Virus record (IMG/VR): IMGVR_UViG_3300020181_000012
Span: 2,058 to 66,057 of that record
Length of the DNA: 64,000 nucleotides
From: a virus
Taxonomy: Duplodnaviria; Caudoviricetes
Strand: one strand, 5' to 3'
Part shown: positions 1 through 9,036 of the stretch, piece after piece
Layout: each line of letters begins with the position of its first letter
How positions within the stretch are numbered: position 1 is the stretch's first letter
The notes under the pieces: model-generated
The model's database searches: none
Told to the model about the DNA's origin: nothing
Seen by the model: only the letters and a program-made list of their open reading frames with translations
Program-made: the position numbers and the translations under genes

Positions 1-1812
1 ATATATTAGTCCTTGTTTTTTCCTTTCAGTGGTCATATTCATAAAATAACCTCTGTTCTTAGAATTAGTAGCTATCTCCCTATTATGAAGCATTTCAGGT
101 TCATGTTCTAACATGTCAAGAAATCCATGTTTTTTATTAGCTCTTGCATAATCTATAATACCTTGTCCACCGCCTCCAATTTCTGATTGTATTTTGGCAT
201 TATAATACTTTGCTAATGCAAATAAATTCCTATGGAAGGTTTCCAATGTTGGTCTAGCAGTATACCAAGCAACTGTTCTATTTCCTTGAGTACCCGTTAA
301 ATTATTATTCCTAAGTATAACTCTTACATCTCCGAGAGATGTTCTATCCTCTGCATCATCCTTATAGTATGGATCGACTACAATTATATATAAGTTTTCA
401 GGGACATGTCCATTTCTATCTTTAAATGGTCTTTCTATTACAGTAACGCAACCAGTTAAATCTTCATCATTCTTATGAGGAAATTTAAGTATAGGTTTAA
501 CTTCAGAAGATATTTGGAAATCATAACTTCCATCTTTGGGAACCATAATACCATGTTGTATAAGTCCTTGTATATCTCTATTAGCTTTAATTCTAGCTAT
601 CTGCTTATTAACTTCTGAGATCAAAAATATATTAGAGCTTACACGTTGAAATGCTTCACTTGGTTTTTTAGGTCTTTCAGCTACTAACCTATCTAAAGCT
701 TTAGGATCTGGATCTTTTTTCTTAATAGCTCTTTGTGCATCCCAATGTTCTTCAGCAGCCTTAACATCTGAATTACCATCTTCATCAATAAACTTATCTG
801 TAGCTAATGTACATGGTACAAAGAATCCGCAAGTGGTTCCTTCAAGTTCTTCACCATCCCATATATTTTCAAAAGCCATCATATTATATAGATCTGGCTT
901 ATAGAATATATCTTCTAATCCTTCAATAGATTCACCCTCTTCACCACCAGTACCAAATACAGATATTTGTCCTCTCATAAAACCTCCTTGTTCTACAAGT
1001 GGTCTTGCAATTTCTATTGCAGATTTAAGTTTCTTAAAAGAACCAGATTCTTCAAAAGATAGCTTCATACCCCTTTTACCACGGACTTTATTAGGATCAT
1101 CTACTATGACTCCCATTATCTCACTCTTGTATCCCTTCTCATTACCTTCCGTATCAAGATAAGATGCCTTCTTATGCATGTCAGTGTTCTTCTTTTGTCT
1201 ATTCTTTCTCCAGAAGTTCTGACTCTTATTATTTAACCATTCTAAATTATCCCAACACTTAGTAAGAATACCATCACCTGTTAGATAACCTTCTTGTGAT
1301 GCAAAATAGAATGATTTACTACCGGGAATAAAATTGTAATTGTATGTACCATCTGCACTCTCCATGTATGAGAATCCACAACCCCTAGTCTTAGCACAAG
1401 AAATATGTTTTCCACCTACAAGATATTTGTCAGGTATCTTAACAAGTAAGCCGAGTCTTTCGAACTCGGCTTTTTTAATTCCTTTCATTGCTATTTCCTT
1501 AGCCCACCACCAATTATATTGTATCTCCCAAAACCCAGGAAAATCTTGAACAGCTTCTACTTGTGCAGATATTTTATTTCTTTCCTTTAGAGCTTTATCT
1601 GGAATCCTAAGAATAGGTGTAAAGTTAAGGTAATAATAATATCTACCTGTAATAGATACATCACCAACAGTATAGCCTTCTCTACATCTACGATCTTGCT
1701 CTTGCCAGTATTCCATGAAATCCCTAGATTTGTATGGAGCATGAGTATACTCTCCACCATTCTTTTTGTAATCTAAGGCAGCCTCTCTAAAGTATTGCGT
1801 ATTTACTAACAT
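1..1812 (-). CDS. terL: Terminase large subunit, crAss-like (partial, runs off left edge)
   Basis: Hand-translated open frame from ATG at 1812 (MLVNTQYFREAA...) to base 1; ITGRYYYYLNF, KTRGCGFSY (Walker A region), SFEESGSF (Walker B), FGTGG, YIIVVDPYYKDD (RNase H-like nuclease motif). Missing from the ORF track because its stop is off-window. Confidence 0.9.
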   Translation of the reverse strand, partial: MLVNTQYFREAALDYKKNGGEYTHAPYKSRDFMEYWQEQDRRCREGYTVGDVSITGRYYYYLNFTPILRIPDKALKERNKISAQVEAVQDFPGFWEIQYNWWWAKEIAMKGIKKAEFERLGLLVKIPDKYLVGGKHISCAKTRGCGFSYMESADGTYNYNFIPGSKSFYFASQEGYLTGDGILTKCWDNLEWLNNKSQNFWRKNRQKKNTDMHKKASYLDTEGNEKGYKSEIMGVIVDDPNKVRGKRGMKLSFEESGSFKKLKSAIEIARPLVEQGGFMRGQISVFGTGGEEGESIEGLEDIFYKPDLYNMMAFENIWDGEELEGTTCGFFVPCTLATDKFIDEDGNSDVKAAEEHWDAQRAIKKKDPDPKALDRLVAERPKKPSEAFQRVSSNIFLISEVNKQIARIKANRDIQGLIQHGIMVPKDGSYDFQISSEVKPILKFPHKNDEDLTGCVTVIERPFKDRNGHVPENLYIIVVDPYYKDDAEDRTSLGDVRVILRNNNLTGTQGNRTVAWYTARPTLETFHRNLFALAKYYNAKIQSEIGGGGQGIIDYARANKKHGFLDMLEHEPEMLHNREIATNSKNRGYFMNMTTERKKQGLIY

Positions 1813-1813
1813 C

Positions 1814-2053
1814 TTACCATATATCCTTTAAACTAGGTGTTTTATATCTTAAATCTTTAACAATAAATTTAAGTTTAGTTTTCTCATATTTAGGTTTATA
1901 GAATACACCATTATATATTATTTTGTAGTAGTTAAATAGTTTAAATTCAAAACTATTAAATAATATAATACTAAAGCATATATAATCTTCAGGAATTTCT
2001 ACATCATGTAGATTTGGCTCCTTATGCATAATAAATCTAAAAAGTTTCTTCAT
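1814..2053 (-). CDS. Hypothetical protein
   Basis: Tightly packed ORF directly upstream of terL. Confidence 0.6.
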   Translation of the reverse strand: MKKLFRFIMHKEPNLHDVEIPEDYICFSIILFNSFEFKLFNYYKIIYNGVFYKPKYEKTKLKFIVKDLRYKTPSLKDIW

Positions 2054-2340
2054 ATCATAAATAATATTGGTTCATATGTTTGAGCAGCTGGTTTAACCTC
2101 TCCCCTCAACGTAAAATGGTACAAGTTTCCACACGTCCAGCATTTAGTATAGTTTGTATAGATCTTCTGTACAGAGCTATCTTGACAACCCTCACAGAAT
2201 CCATAACACATTCTACCTATTAAAGGCTCTTCTCCATTATTAGCTATTTCCTTGCGTATCTTCCTCTCTACAGCTTGTTCAGCTTTCTTAATAGAGCTTA
2301 CCTTCTTTTCCTTTACAGGAGTTCCTACTTTTGTTATCAT
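2050..2340 (-). CDS. Putative zinc-binding protein
   Basis: CYGFCEGC and CWTCG Cys pairs; overlapping stop/start with neighbours. Confidence 0.6.
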   Translation of the reverse strand: MITKVGTPVKEKKVSSIKKAEQAVERKIRKEIANNGEEPLIGRMCYGFCEGCQDSSVQKIYTNYTKCWTCGNLYHFTLRGEVKPAAQTYEPILFMI

Positions 2341-2453
2341 CTTTTTCTACAATCTGAACAGTTACATAATCTCTTTTCAATTGGATATGTAGGACACCAT
2401 TCTTTAGGTGAATCCAATTTTACTGTCATTTTTTCTTTTGGCTTTTTACCCAT
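2337..2453 (-). CDS. 38-aa Cys-rich peptide
   Basis: Hand-found ORF MGKKPKEK...LCNCSDCRKR that fills the gap between neighbours with overlapping junctions. Confidence 0.45.
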   Translation of the reverse strand: MGKKPKEKMTVKLDSPKEWCPTYPIEKRLCNCSDCRKR

Positions 2454-3252
2454 GTTTACCAGTAAAGTGATTTAACATTTTAACTACTTCATTTTTAAGA
2501 TATGGAACTTCTATCCATTTATCTTTAATAGTATGATATATCCTTAATCTCCTAACCTTTAAACCTTTCTGCTCAAGCATCCATCCATAAGTGGATAATT
2601 GTAGTGTATAATGACTTAAGTTACAATCCATCAAATTGTTGACGGGCTCCTTCATCATAGTGTGTCCTCTAATATAGTGATAAAAACTTTTTTCTTCAAT
2701 AACTTTTGAAGTTTTATAGTCGTCTATATCTACATACCCATTTTCTATTGTATCTTTGTCTGCTTGTCCTGCAATACCATACTCTTCATTCCATACTACG
2801 TGTTCTGCATATATACCATCTTTAGGCTTTTCAAATGATCTGTTACCTATTGGTATAGGTATTAAACCTGTAGCAGGACATATTAAAACACTATTTGTTT
2901 CATCCTCTTTTTTCTTATGAAATGAAGTACCCTTAGCACAAGCTTCTTCCTTCTTTATTCTCCACTCTTCCCTTATCTCTTCTATAGTATTTTGAAGAAG
3001 ATTAGGAGTTTGAATTTTTGGTAGAAAGTAAGGTATAATAAATTCATACCCTCCTGCTTGCTTCTTGGACTTATTAAAAAAGCCCTCTCCATATTTATTA
3101 ATAACTATTCTCTGTATAGCTTTATATAATAACCAATACTCAGTATCAAATGGTTGTTTATATTTACCTATAACAGTAGTTACAGAGGTGTACTGTTTAC
3201 CAGTTTCATCTCTGTAAATGTGTCCATCTTCTATAAAATCTACTTTAGCCAT
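2446..3252 (-). CDS. PD-(D/E)XK (RecB/Cas4-like) nuclease
   Basis: YTSVTT, GTSFH, E...GIAGQAD...IDDYKTS, YTLQLSTY motifs. Confidence 0.85.
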   Translation of the reverse strand: MAKVDFIEDGHIYRDETGKQYTSVTTVIGKYKQPFDTEYWLLYKAIQRIVINKYGEGFFNKSKKQAGGYEFIIPYFLPKIQTPNLLQNTIEEIREEWRIKKEEACAKGTSFHKKKEDETNSVLICPATGLIPIPIGNRSFEKPKDGIYAEHVVWNEEYGIAGQADKDTIENGYVDIDDYKTSKVIEEKSFYHYIRGHTMMKEPVNNLMDCNLSHYTLQLSTYGWMLEQKGLKVRRLRIYHTIKDKWIEVPYLKNEVVKMLNHFTGKHG

Positions 3253-3789
3253 TTAATCTGGATCTTCTGTTAAACCTTTTGTTTTATCTCCTCTTATACC
3301 TGCTTCTTCACTTAACTCTCTTTTAACTTGTTCTTCTAATTCTTTAATGGAACCCAATAATTTTCCTATACCCCCCAATGAAGTTATAAGACTTTTAGCT
3401 TCGTCAGCTTCTTTAACTTCAACCTTATCAAAGTAAACTGATAGCTTATCAATAGCACTATAAGAAGATCTAATAATTCTTAAGGATCTAGTTTCTCTTA
3501 ATTCCTTATACCTTATGATAGCTTCTACCAAATCTTTATCTTTATTAATAGCTAAAGCTTGATCTAAATCAGCATTTCTTAATGCTTCTTTTAATCTATC
3601 CGCATCTGGATAATTAGAGAATTGAGATCTAAAATCTAGATAATGATATATAAAAGTAAACTCTTTTTGAGCTTGCTTCTTATTTCTATCCTTATCTCTA
3701 ATTATTAGTTTCTTGAATTCCTTTATTGTGCTGATCCATTCCTTGTCCATTTCTACCAAGTAGTTCTGGCCTAGTTTGAATAATTCCAT
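3253..3789 (-). CDS. Helical phage protein, small-terminase candidate
   Basis: All-alpha, coiled-coil C-terminus, located near terL; function inferred from position only. Confidence 0.35.
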   Translation of the reverse strand: MELFKLGQNYLVEMDKEWISTIKEFKKLIIRDKDRNKKQAQKEFTFIYHYLDFRSQFSNYPDADRLKEALRNADLDQALAINKDKDLVEAIIRYKELRETRSLRIIRSSYSAIDKLSVYFDKVEVKEADEAKSLITSLGGIGKLLGSIKELEEQVKRELSEEAGIRGDKTKGLTEDPD

Positions 3790-4066
3790 CTCTTAATCTT
3801 TTAAGTTTTTTCTCATAATTAGGACTATCATAATCTCTTTCAAATACTACTCTTGCTCCTAGATCATTCTGGTATATATCTTGCGCTGTAATACTTAAAC
3901 AATATTTCGATGCTATTGGTGCTAGGAATGTTTGTAAACATCCAAAGTTACCGTAGAAATGTTCATCGTATTTCTGCTTTGATATAACTAAAACTATCTT
4001 TTCAGAGTTGGAGAAAATTTGAGGAATCAAAGATTCCTCAAACTCAACTCTTATCTCCGGAAGCAT
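3698..4066 (-). CDS. Hypothetical protein
   Basis: In-operon ORF; overlaps the downstream gene by about 90 nt. Confidence 0.55.
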   Translation of the reverse strand: MLPEIRVEFEESLIPQIFSNSEKIVLVISKQKYDEHFYGNFGCLQTFLAPIASKYCLSITAQDIYQNDLGARVVFERDYDSPNYEKKLKRLRDGIIQTRPELLGRNGQGMDQHNKGIQETNN

Positions 4067-5018
4067 CTTTCAATAGATTAAGACTTTCCTTGGCATCTAT
4101 AATCTGGATTTGACTAGCTATAGCAGATCCAATTAAATCAAACATAGCTGCTCTATATAGCTTTAAAGCCCAATCAAATTCAGCAGCATATTCTTCTTCG
4201 CTTCTATGACCGAATACCTTATTAAGTAATAGATGCGCTCCACCTTTATACCTCATAAGAAGTCCTACAGATCCTTTACCTATATAATCTGCATGAACCG
4301 TAGTTCTAGTCTTATTATAGGTAAGCTCCAGTTGAATTGTCTGAGTAGGATTAAGCTTATTATATTCTCTAGAGAATTCTAGTAAAGCTATTTTAATCTC
4401 ATCTCTAAGATACTCATATTCCTTATGTAGTTTCTTTTCATCCTCTTGCATCTGCCATGCAATCATAGTATTGTGTAATACTCTATTCCATCTAGCATCA
4501 GCTAAAGCATTATGAGAATCAACAGGATCTTTAGGTTTAAGATTATTAGGAAACTCAGTTATAATCATTTCCTGCTTTAAGTCCATGCACTGCATAGGCA
4601 TACCTTGAGGCAAATCCATCATTGTACCGAATAGCCAACAGAATACAACCCAATCGTAATCTGCAAAATAACCCCAAAATACTATTTCTCCCTTATTAAC
4701 TTCTATATAATGATTTTCATCTTGCTCTTTACCTCTTCTACCAAAGTAAGGTCTACCATCTTTGTTAGTAAGAAGTTTAATATCAGAACTAAATTCTAAG
4801 TATTTAATTAGTTCTTCTTTAATTTGAGCTAAGGATTTTCTTTCTACGTTTCCCAACTTAGAAATGACATTCTCTTTTACCCAATCGTTAGCATCAGCTT
4901 CATTAAACTCAGAAGAGACAGCATAAAAATCATTTCCCTTTTCATCTGTAATTCCAATAGATATTAACTGTATGGAACCAGGTTTTTCTATAAATTCTGT
5001 ATCTAAATAATAGTTCAT
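4044..5018 (-). CDS. DEDDh 3'-5' exoribonuclease (RNase AS/Rv2179c-like) with C-terminal extension
   Basis: YLDTEF, LISIG, YFADYDWVVFCWLFG.MM.LP.G.P, HNALADARWN motifs in the first ~185 aa. Confidence 0.8.
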   Translation of the reverse strand: MNYYLDTEFIEKPGSIQLISIGITDEKGNDFYAVSSEFNEADANDWVKENVISKLGNVERKSLAQIKEELIKYLEFSSDIKLLTNKDGRPYFGRRGKEQDENHYIEVNKGEIVFWGYFADYDWVVFCWLFGTMMDLPQGMPMQCMDLKQEMIITEFPNNLKPKDPVDSHNALADARWNRVLHNTMIAWQMQEDEKKLHKEYEYLRDEIKIALLEFSREYNKLNPTQTIQLELTYNKTRTTVHADYIGKGSVGLLMRYKGGAHLLLNKVFGHRSEEEYAAEFDWALKLYRAAMFDLIGSAIASQIQIIDAKESLNLLKDASGDKS

Positions 5019-5701
5019 GATTTAGCCTCCATATCTCTTACTCTTCCAAGTTCCATTCCTAACCACATTCCTGCCTTAATACATTCAGAAGTGCTTTCTA
5101 CTACATGTTGATGTAGCCAAATAGTTGTCCTATTTTCTAATCTACATGTTTCTTCATACAATAAATGTAGCCTATTTTCTATTCTCTCAATTTCACCACG
5201 TAGCCATTTTACCTTTTGAATATGAGTACTATCTACCCATCTGAAATGGTCGATTTCTCCTCCCTCTAATATCCATTTAGGATCTATATCTACGCCTTGT
5301 TCATTATTACTAGTAGCAGTATCAGCAGTAGGCTCAATTTTCTCATTAGCTATTTCTCCGATATAAGGAGTATCTATAGAGAATGATACATCTACTTCGT
5401 AACTAGCTCCTTCTCCTATAGTAAAAATAACATATCCATCCTTGACTTTATTGCTTTCTGTTCCTGCGAGAATTAATCCATGAGTACTTTCAATGTCTTG
5501 AATAGCTACATATTTAGTAGGGGTTTTACTTTCTGGATAAGGATTAGGAGTTCCTAATTCTTTAAGAACCTTACCTAACCACATCTTAGAAAGTTGTAGT
5601 GAAGTATAAGTAAGTGATACTTCTCTTGAAGGTGTTAAATGCTTTACTAATTGAGTTAGGCCATCCAACTCAACTCTTAGTTGTTTAATTTGTTGTTCCA
5701 T
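5015..5701 (-). CDS. Protein with two Acb2/Tad1-like helical-hairpin repeats
   Basis: SREVSLTYTSLQLSKMWLG and ESTSECIKAGMWLG resemble the RE.xxAITKLEEAxxWL hairpin motif of Tad1-type proteins. Confidence 0.5.
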   Translation of the reverse strand: MEQQIKQLRVELDGLTQLVKHLTPSREVSLTYTSLQLSKMWLGKVLKELGTPNPYPESKTPTKYVAIQDIESTHGLILAGTESNKVKDGYVIFTIGEGASYEVDVSFSIDTPYIGEIANEKIEPTADTATSNNEQGVDIDPKWILEGGEIDHFRWVDSTHIQKVKWLRGEIERIENRLHLLYEETCRLENRTTIWLHQHVVESTSECIKAGMWLGMELGRVRDMEAKS

Positions 5702-5706
5702 TAAAA

Positions 5707-5946
5707 AGTTGTTTAAGTTGTTAATTATTATTTGATGTTCAGAATCTGAAACATTCTCTTTTTGACTTTTTCCAATTCTGTTTCTGATAATATTGTTTCC
5801 TGAGTATGAAATACATGGGGACCGCCAGGTCCATCCTTTTGAATAGGTCTACACTTGGTAAGATTTGCTAAACTTCTTAGTGCTTCAAATTCTTTTTCTT
5901 CTTGTGCTGTCATTGGCATTGATATAGTTGTTTAAGTTGTTAATTA
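5707..5946 (-). repeat. 21-bp exact direct repeat (5707-5727 and 5926-5946) in gene leaders
   Basis: agttgtttaagttgttaatta twice; on the minus strand TAATTAACAACTTAAACAACT just before two consecutive ATGs. Confidence 0.9.
5728..5919 (-). CDS. Hypothetical protein
   Basis: ORF flanked by the two repeated leaders. Confidence 0.65.
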   Translation of the reverse strand: MPMTAQEEKEFEALRSLANLTKCRPIQKDGPGGPHVFHTQETILSETELEKVKKRMFQILNIK

Positions 5947-6183
5947 TAATTCTTTACCTTGAGCATCGTTCATCTGTTGAATCTTACGATGCCTTGCTTT
6001 AATTGCACCTAGATATACATATCTAATAGACTCAAAAGCTCCTTTTTTAATCTTATTTTTTGTGAATTCAGATTGAATAGAAGCTATATCTTCTACTAGT
6101 TCTTCAGAAACTTTACATTCTCTAGCAGTTTCTTTATACAATTCATCATTACAGTACTGGGACTTTAAATCTTGATTCTCCAT
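5944..6183 (-). CDS. IHF/HU-like DNA-binding protein
   Basis: ELYKETARECKVSEELVEDI...IKKGAFESIRYVYLGAI matches the HU/IHF helix-helix-beta pattern known from crAss-like late regions. Confidence 0.65.
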   Translation of the reverse strand: MENQDLKSQYCNDELYKETARECKVSEELVEDIASIQSEFTKNKIKKGAFESIRYVYLGAIKARHRKIQQMNDAQGKEL

Positions 6184-6343
6184 ATAAAAACATCTCGTTA
6201 AATATTCTTTTTCCTTCTTCTCTAGTTATCTTCTCAACAGCTTTATGTTCATAGGAACCTAGATAATAATAAATTCTATGAAGTAAATAAGGATCTATTA
6301 AGAAGTCCTGTATATCTCTTTGCTGATCTATAATACTATTCAT
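6149..6343 (-). CDS. Hypothetical protein
   Basis: In-operon ORF. Confidence 0.55.
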   Translation of the reverse strand: MNSIIDQQRDIQDFLIDPYLLHRIYYYLGSYEHKAVEKITREEGKRIFNEMFLYGESRFKVPVL

Positions 6344-6521
6344 CTTCTGTATAATCTTTTAGTATATCATTATGTTTTGTTCTCTGATACTTAGCTCCTC
6401 TAGGCGATCCTTGAACTTCCTCAAATCCGCATATTTCACATCTGTATCTTCTCATTCCTAATTTAGTAGTTCCTAGTTTCTTCATATCAGCACTACAATC
6501 TATACATCTAATATGATCCAT
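6336..6521 (-). CDS. Zinc-ribbon protein
   Basis: CIDC...RYRCEICG. Confidence 0.65.
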   Translation of the reverse strand: MDHIRCIDCSADMKKLGTTKLGMRRYRCEICGFEEVQGSPRGAKYQRTKHNDILKDYTEDE

Positions 6522-6523
6522 AC

Positions 6524-7030
6524 TTATAACTTTTCCATTTCTATGGTTATAGTATGTGGAGCAGTTTCATCTCCACCAAAATAAGGAAACAGTCTATACT
6601 TAAGAGAATATACTCCTGACTCTCTTCTACCTAAATTAGTACCGTATAGAGCATGCTCATTATCCTTAACTAGAAAGTTATAAGATGAATCACATATAGT
6701 TAGTCTCATTTCATATGTTCTATCTATATCTATATTAGTAATATGTTCTATTATTCTAGAACCATTAGAGTATACATAAGCCAAGATCTGTATCTTATCA
6801 GTAAATGGACTATATCTCCATCCAAATCTAGCACTATTCGTTTTATGATATGTCCACTTATCTGACAAGCCAAACAGCTTATTAACATCAAGCATGTTTG
6901 TAGTCTTTTCAGTTCTATACCTAGCAGTACCATTAAATCTTACCTTGTAAGATAATGTATTAGAGAATGTAAGTACAGGTATTCTATTACCTGTACTATG
7001 TTCTCCTTTCTTTATTGTGTAGAATTTCAT
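6524..7030 (-). CDS. Beta-rich protein, possible ConA/lectin or PL14-like fold
   Basis: DVNKLFGLS, NSARFGWRY, ILAYVY, LFPYFGG motifs; beta-strand pattern; fold is inference. Confidence 0.45.
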   Translation of the reverse strand: MKFYTIKKGEHSTGNRIPVLTFSNTLSYKVRFNGTARYRTEKTTNMLDVNKLFGLSDKWTYHKTNSARFGWRYSPFTDKIQILAYVYSNGSRIIEHITNIDIDRTYEMRLTICDSSYNFLVKDNEHALYGTNLGRRESGVYSLKYRLFPYFGGDETAPHTITIEMEKL

Positions 7031-7305
7031 TGATTGAATCCTTGTTTCCTTGGATCGTAAGTTGTTCCTTTAAAGGATTCCTCTTCTTTTATTTCTTGCT
7101 TCTTTCTTTCTTTCCACTCTGCATAGTCTATAGATATTACTATAACATATACAACTGTAAATCCACACCAAACCCAAAGACCAATACCCATTCCATTTAA
7201 GGCATCATACGTACAAGCAGCTAGAATAATTATGTATAATCCTAAGAATATTAAGAAACTCTTTCCCCAAGATTCTTTAATGTATTTAAATAAGTTAGTT
7301 TTCAT
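7027..7305 (-). CDS. Two-TM membrane protein
   Basis: Two hydrophobic segments followed by a charged tail. Confidence 0.65.
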   Translation of the reverse strand: MKTNLFKYIKESWGKSFLIFLGLYIIILAACTYDALNGMGIGLWVWCGFTVVYVIVISIDYAEWKERKKQEIKEEESFKGTTYDPRKQGFNQ

Positions 7306-7307
7306 AG

Positions 7308-7967
7308 TTATTTGGTTTTAAATATGTTTTCCAATTCATTAGTATCACAAACTACTCTTGTGCAATAGTAATATATGTATCTACCTTTTGTATAATCATA
7401 TTCTAATCTATGAGTACCAATGCTTACTCCTGCTTCTTCGTCAAACAGATAGATAGTAGCTTTGTTATTTTCTTTATGATGTTCTACTTTAACCTTAAGA
7501 TTAACCTTATACTTATCAATAAATTTATATGTTTCTCTTATTTTCTTAATGTGGAAGGATTCTGGCTGTGGTCTGCTTCTTACTATTTCATCTGCCAGTT
7601 TTTTGTTGTTAACAAATGTGAAGGATATTTGAGGAGCTTCTACGTCTTTGATAACATTAAGTAGTATTTCAGGATCTACTACTCTTGTATCTGATTTCTT
7701 ATAATCTTTATATATTGTATCAAAAGTATCTTCAGGAGATTTTGAACTTAGACTTCTATATACAAGTCTTTGTTCATGTATATCATATACATACCCTGCT
7801 ATTTTTCCCTCGCAAGGCATCACTACTATAAGGTATCTTTTTTCTTTGGGTTTAGGAATCCGGAAAACCTTTTCTACTATAGTGTTAGGGTTTGGGGCTA
7901 CTAAAACAATAGCTTGTTCCATAGCTGCTGCTTTAGCCTTCTGTTTGGTTTGTGCTTTAATTATCAT
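7308..7967 (-). CDS. Hypothetical protein
   Basis: 219-aa ORF with an A/C-rich leader. Confidence 0.75.
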   Translation of the reverse strand: MIIKAQTKQKAKAAAMEQAIVLVAPNPNTIVEKVFRIPKPKEKRYLIVVMPCEGKIAGYVYDIHEQRLVYRSLSSKSPEDTFDTIYKDYKKSDTRVVDPEILLNVIKDVEAPQISFTFVNNKKLADEIVRSRPQPESFHIKKIRETYKFIDKYKVNLKVKVEHHKENNKATIYLFDEEAGVSIGTHRLEYDYTKGRYIYYYCTRVVCDTNELENIFKTK

Positions 7968-8005
7968 GTTATAAGTTGGATTGAGTAAATTTATAAAAAT
8001 ATTTT

Positions 8006-8035
8006 AACTTATACGAAATAGGGTTCGTAAAAGTT
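8006..8035. terminator. Intergenic hairpin (terminator or processing site)
   Basis: AACTTaTACGAA-ataggg-TTCGTAaAAGTT, 11 bp with one mismatch. Confidence 0.45.
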
Positions 8036-8039
8036 ACAT

Positions 8040-8426
8040 TTAATCTTCTGATTTAACTATTCCCTTAAATGCTTCATCAGGTGTTAATGGTCTTTGTCTA
8101 TATAACTCAGGCATGGTTTCACATGCAATTCTTCTTACCTCTAAAGCGTTGTAAGTCATTTCTATTCCAGAAACTAGTAATTCACCTATCATAATTTTAT
8201 AGGCATTCTCTTCCATTATATCCTTTTCGCTTATCTCACAAGTTAATCTTTGCATAAAAGGATAATCAAAGATTCCTCTTTCTTCTCTTTGGATAGAAAT
8301 TATTGCTACATAATAATCATCTAGTATTCCTGAATCATATCTTATCTTATAAGATACTTCTTTACTAGGATTAATAGCCTTGTTAGCTCTTTCTACAAGT
8401 TCTAATAATAACTCTTTATTTGTCAT
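8040..8426 (-). CDS. Hypothetical protein
   Basis: In-operon ORF. Confidence 0.7.
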   Translation of the reverse strand: MTNKELLLELVERANKAINPSKEVSYKIRYDSGILDDYYVAIISIQREERGIFDYPFMQRLTCEISEKDIMEENAYKIMIGELLVSGIEMTYNALEVRRIACETMPELYRQRPLTPDEAFKGIVKSED

Positions 8427-8685
8427 TCTCTTTATTGTTTAAGTCTATAAATACCATTCTATAGGATTCTATTGGAAGTACTCTATTAGGAGTATCGTCA
8501 AATTGAGGAAAAGGTTTAATGCTAACCTCATATTCCACTTCTTTAAGATACTCACCTTTAGCTTTAAGTTCTTCTACATACTCAGCATGTCTTTTCCAGA
8601 ACTGTTCTCTTTCTTCAGGAGACATCCATTCTGTTACCTGATCTCCAACAACTCCTTGTGTAATTTTAATCTTATATTTTGTCAT
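8416..8685 (-). CDS. Hypothetical protein
   Basis: In-operon ORF. Confidence 0.65.
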   Translation of the reverse strand: MTKYKIKITQGVVGDQVTEWMSPEEREQFWKRHAEYVEELKAKGEYLKEVEYEVSIKPFPQFDDTPNRVLPIESYRMVFIDLNNKENDK

Positions 8686-8800
8686 AAAAATTTCCTCTTA
8701 CTATATTGATTCCTGTATATTTATAAATTATATAACCTAATATAAACATTACTATGCCAGTGATAATAGCAACTATAGCAACTTTAGTTTCCTTTCTCAT
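8672..8800 (-). CDS. 42-aa single-TM peptide
   Basis: Hand-found ORF MRKETKVAIVAIITGIVMFILGYIIYKY... filling the gap. Confidence 0.55.
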   Translation of the reverse strand: MRKETKVAIVAIITGIVMFILGYIIYKYTGINIVRGNFYDKI

Positions 8801-9036
8801 AATTTTCTAAATTGTAAATCTGCTTCTCCTCCTTTATGGTTGTCGGCATAAGATGAACGAACTATTCTACACATATGCATATCTATAATATGATAAGAAT
8901 CATAATATCTATTACTCTCTTGTACATGTCTTAATCGTTCTAGTAATGTAGGTATATCATCTGATACACTATCTATATCATGCATACCTCCAATAGGTTC
9001 ATATCTAGGATATATAAATAACCAATATCTTTTCAT
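8797..9036 (-). CDS. Hypothetical protein
   Basis: In-operon ORF, ATGA overlaps. Confidence 0.6.
   Translation of the reverse strand: MKRYWLFIYPRYEPIGGMHDIDSVSDDIPTLLERLRHVQESNRYYDSYHIIDMHMCRIVRSSYADNHKGGEADLQFRKL

Noticed and set aside
1340-1549. Plus-strand track ORF inside terL
   Set aside because: Antisense shadow of the terminase frame
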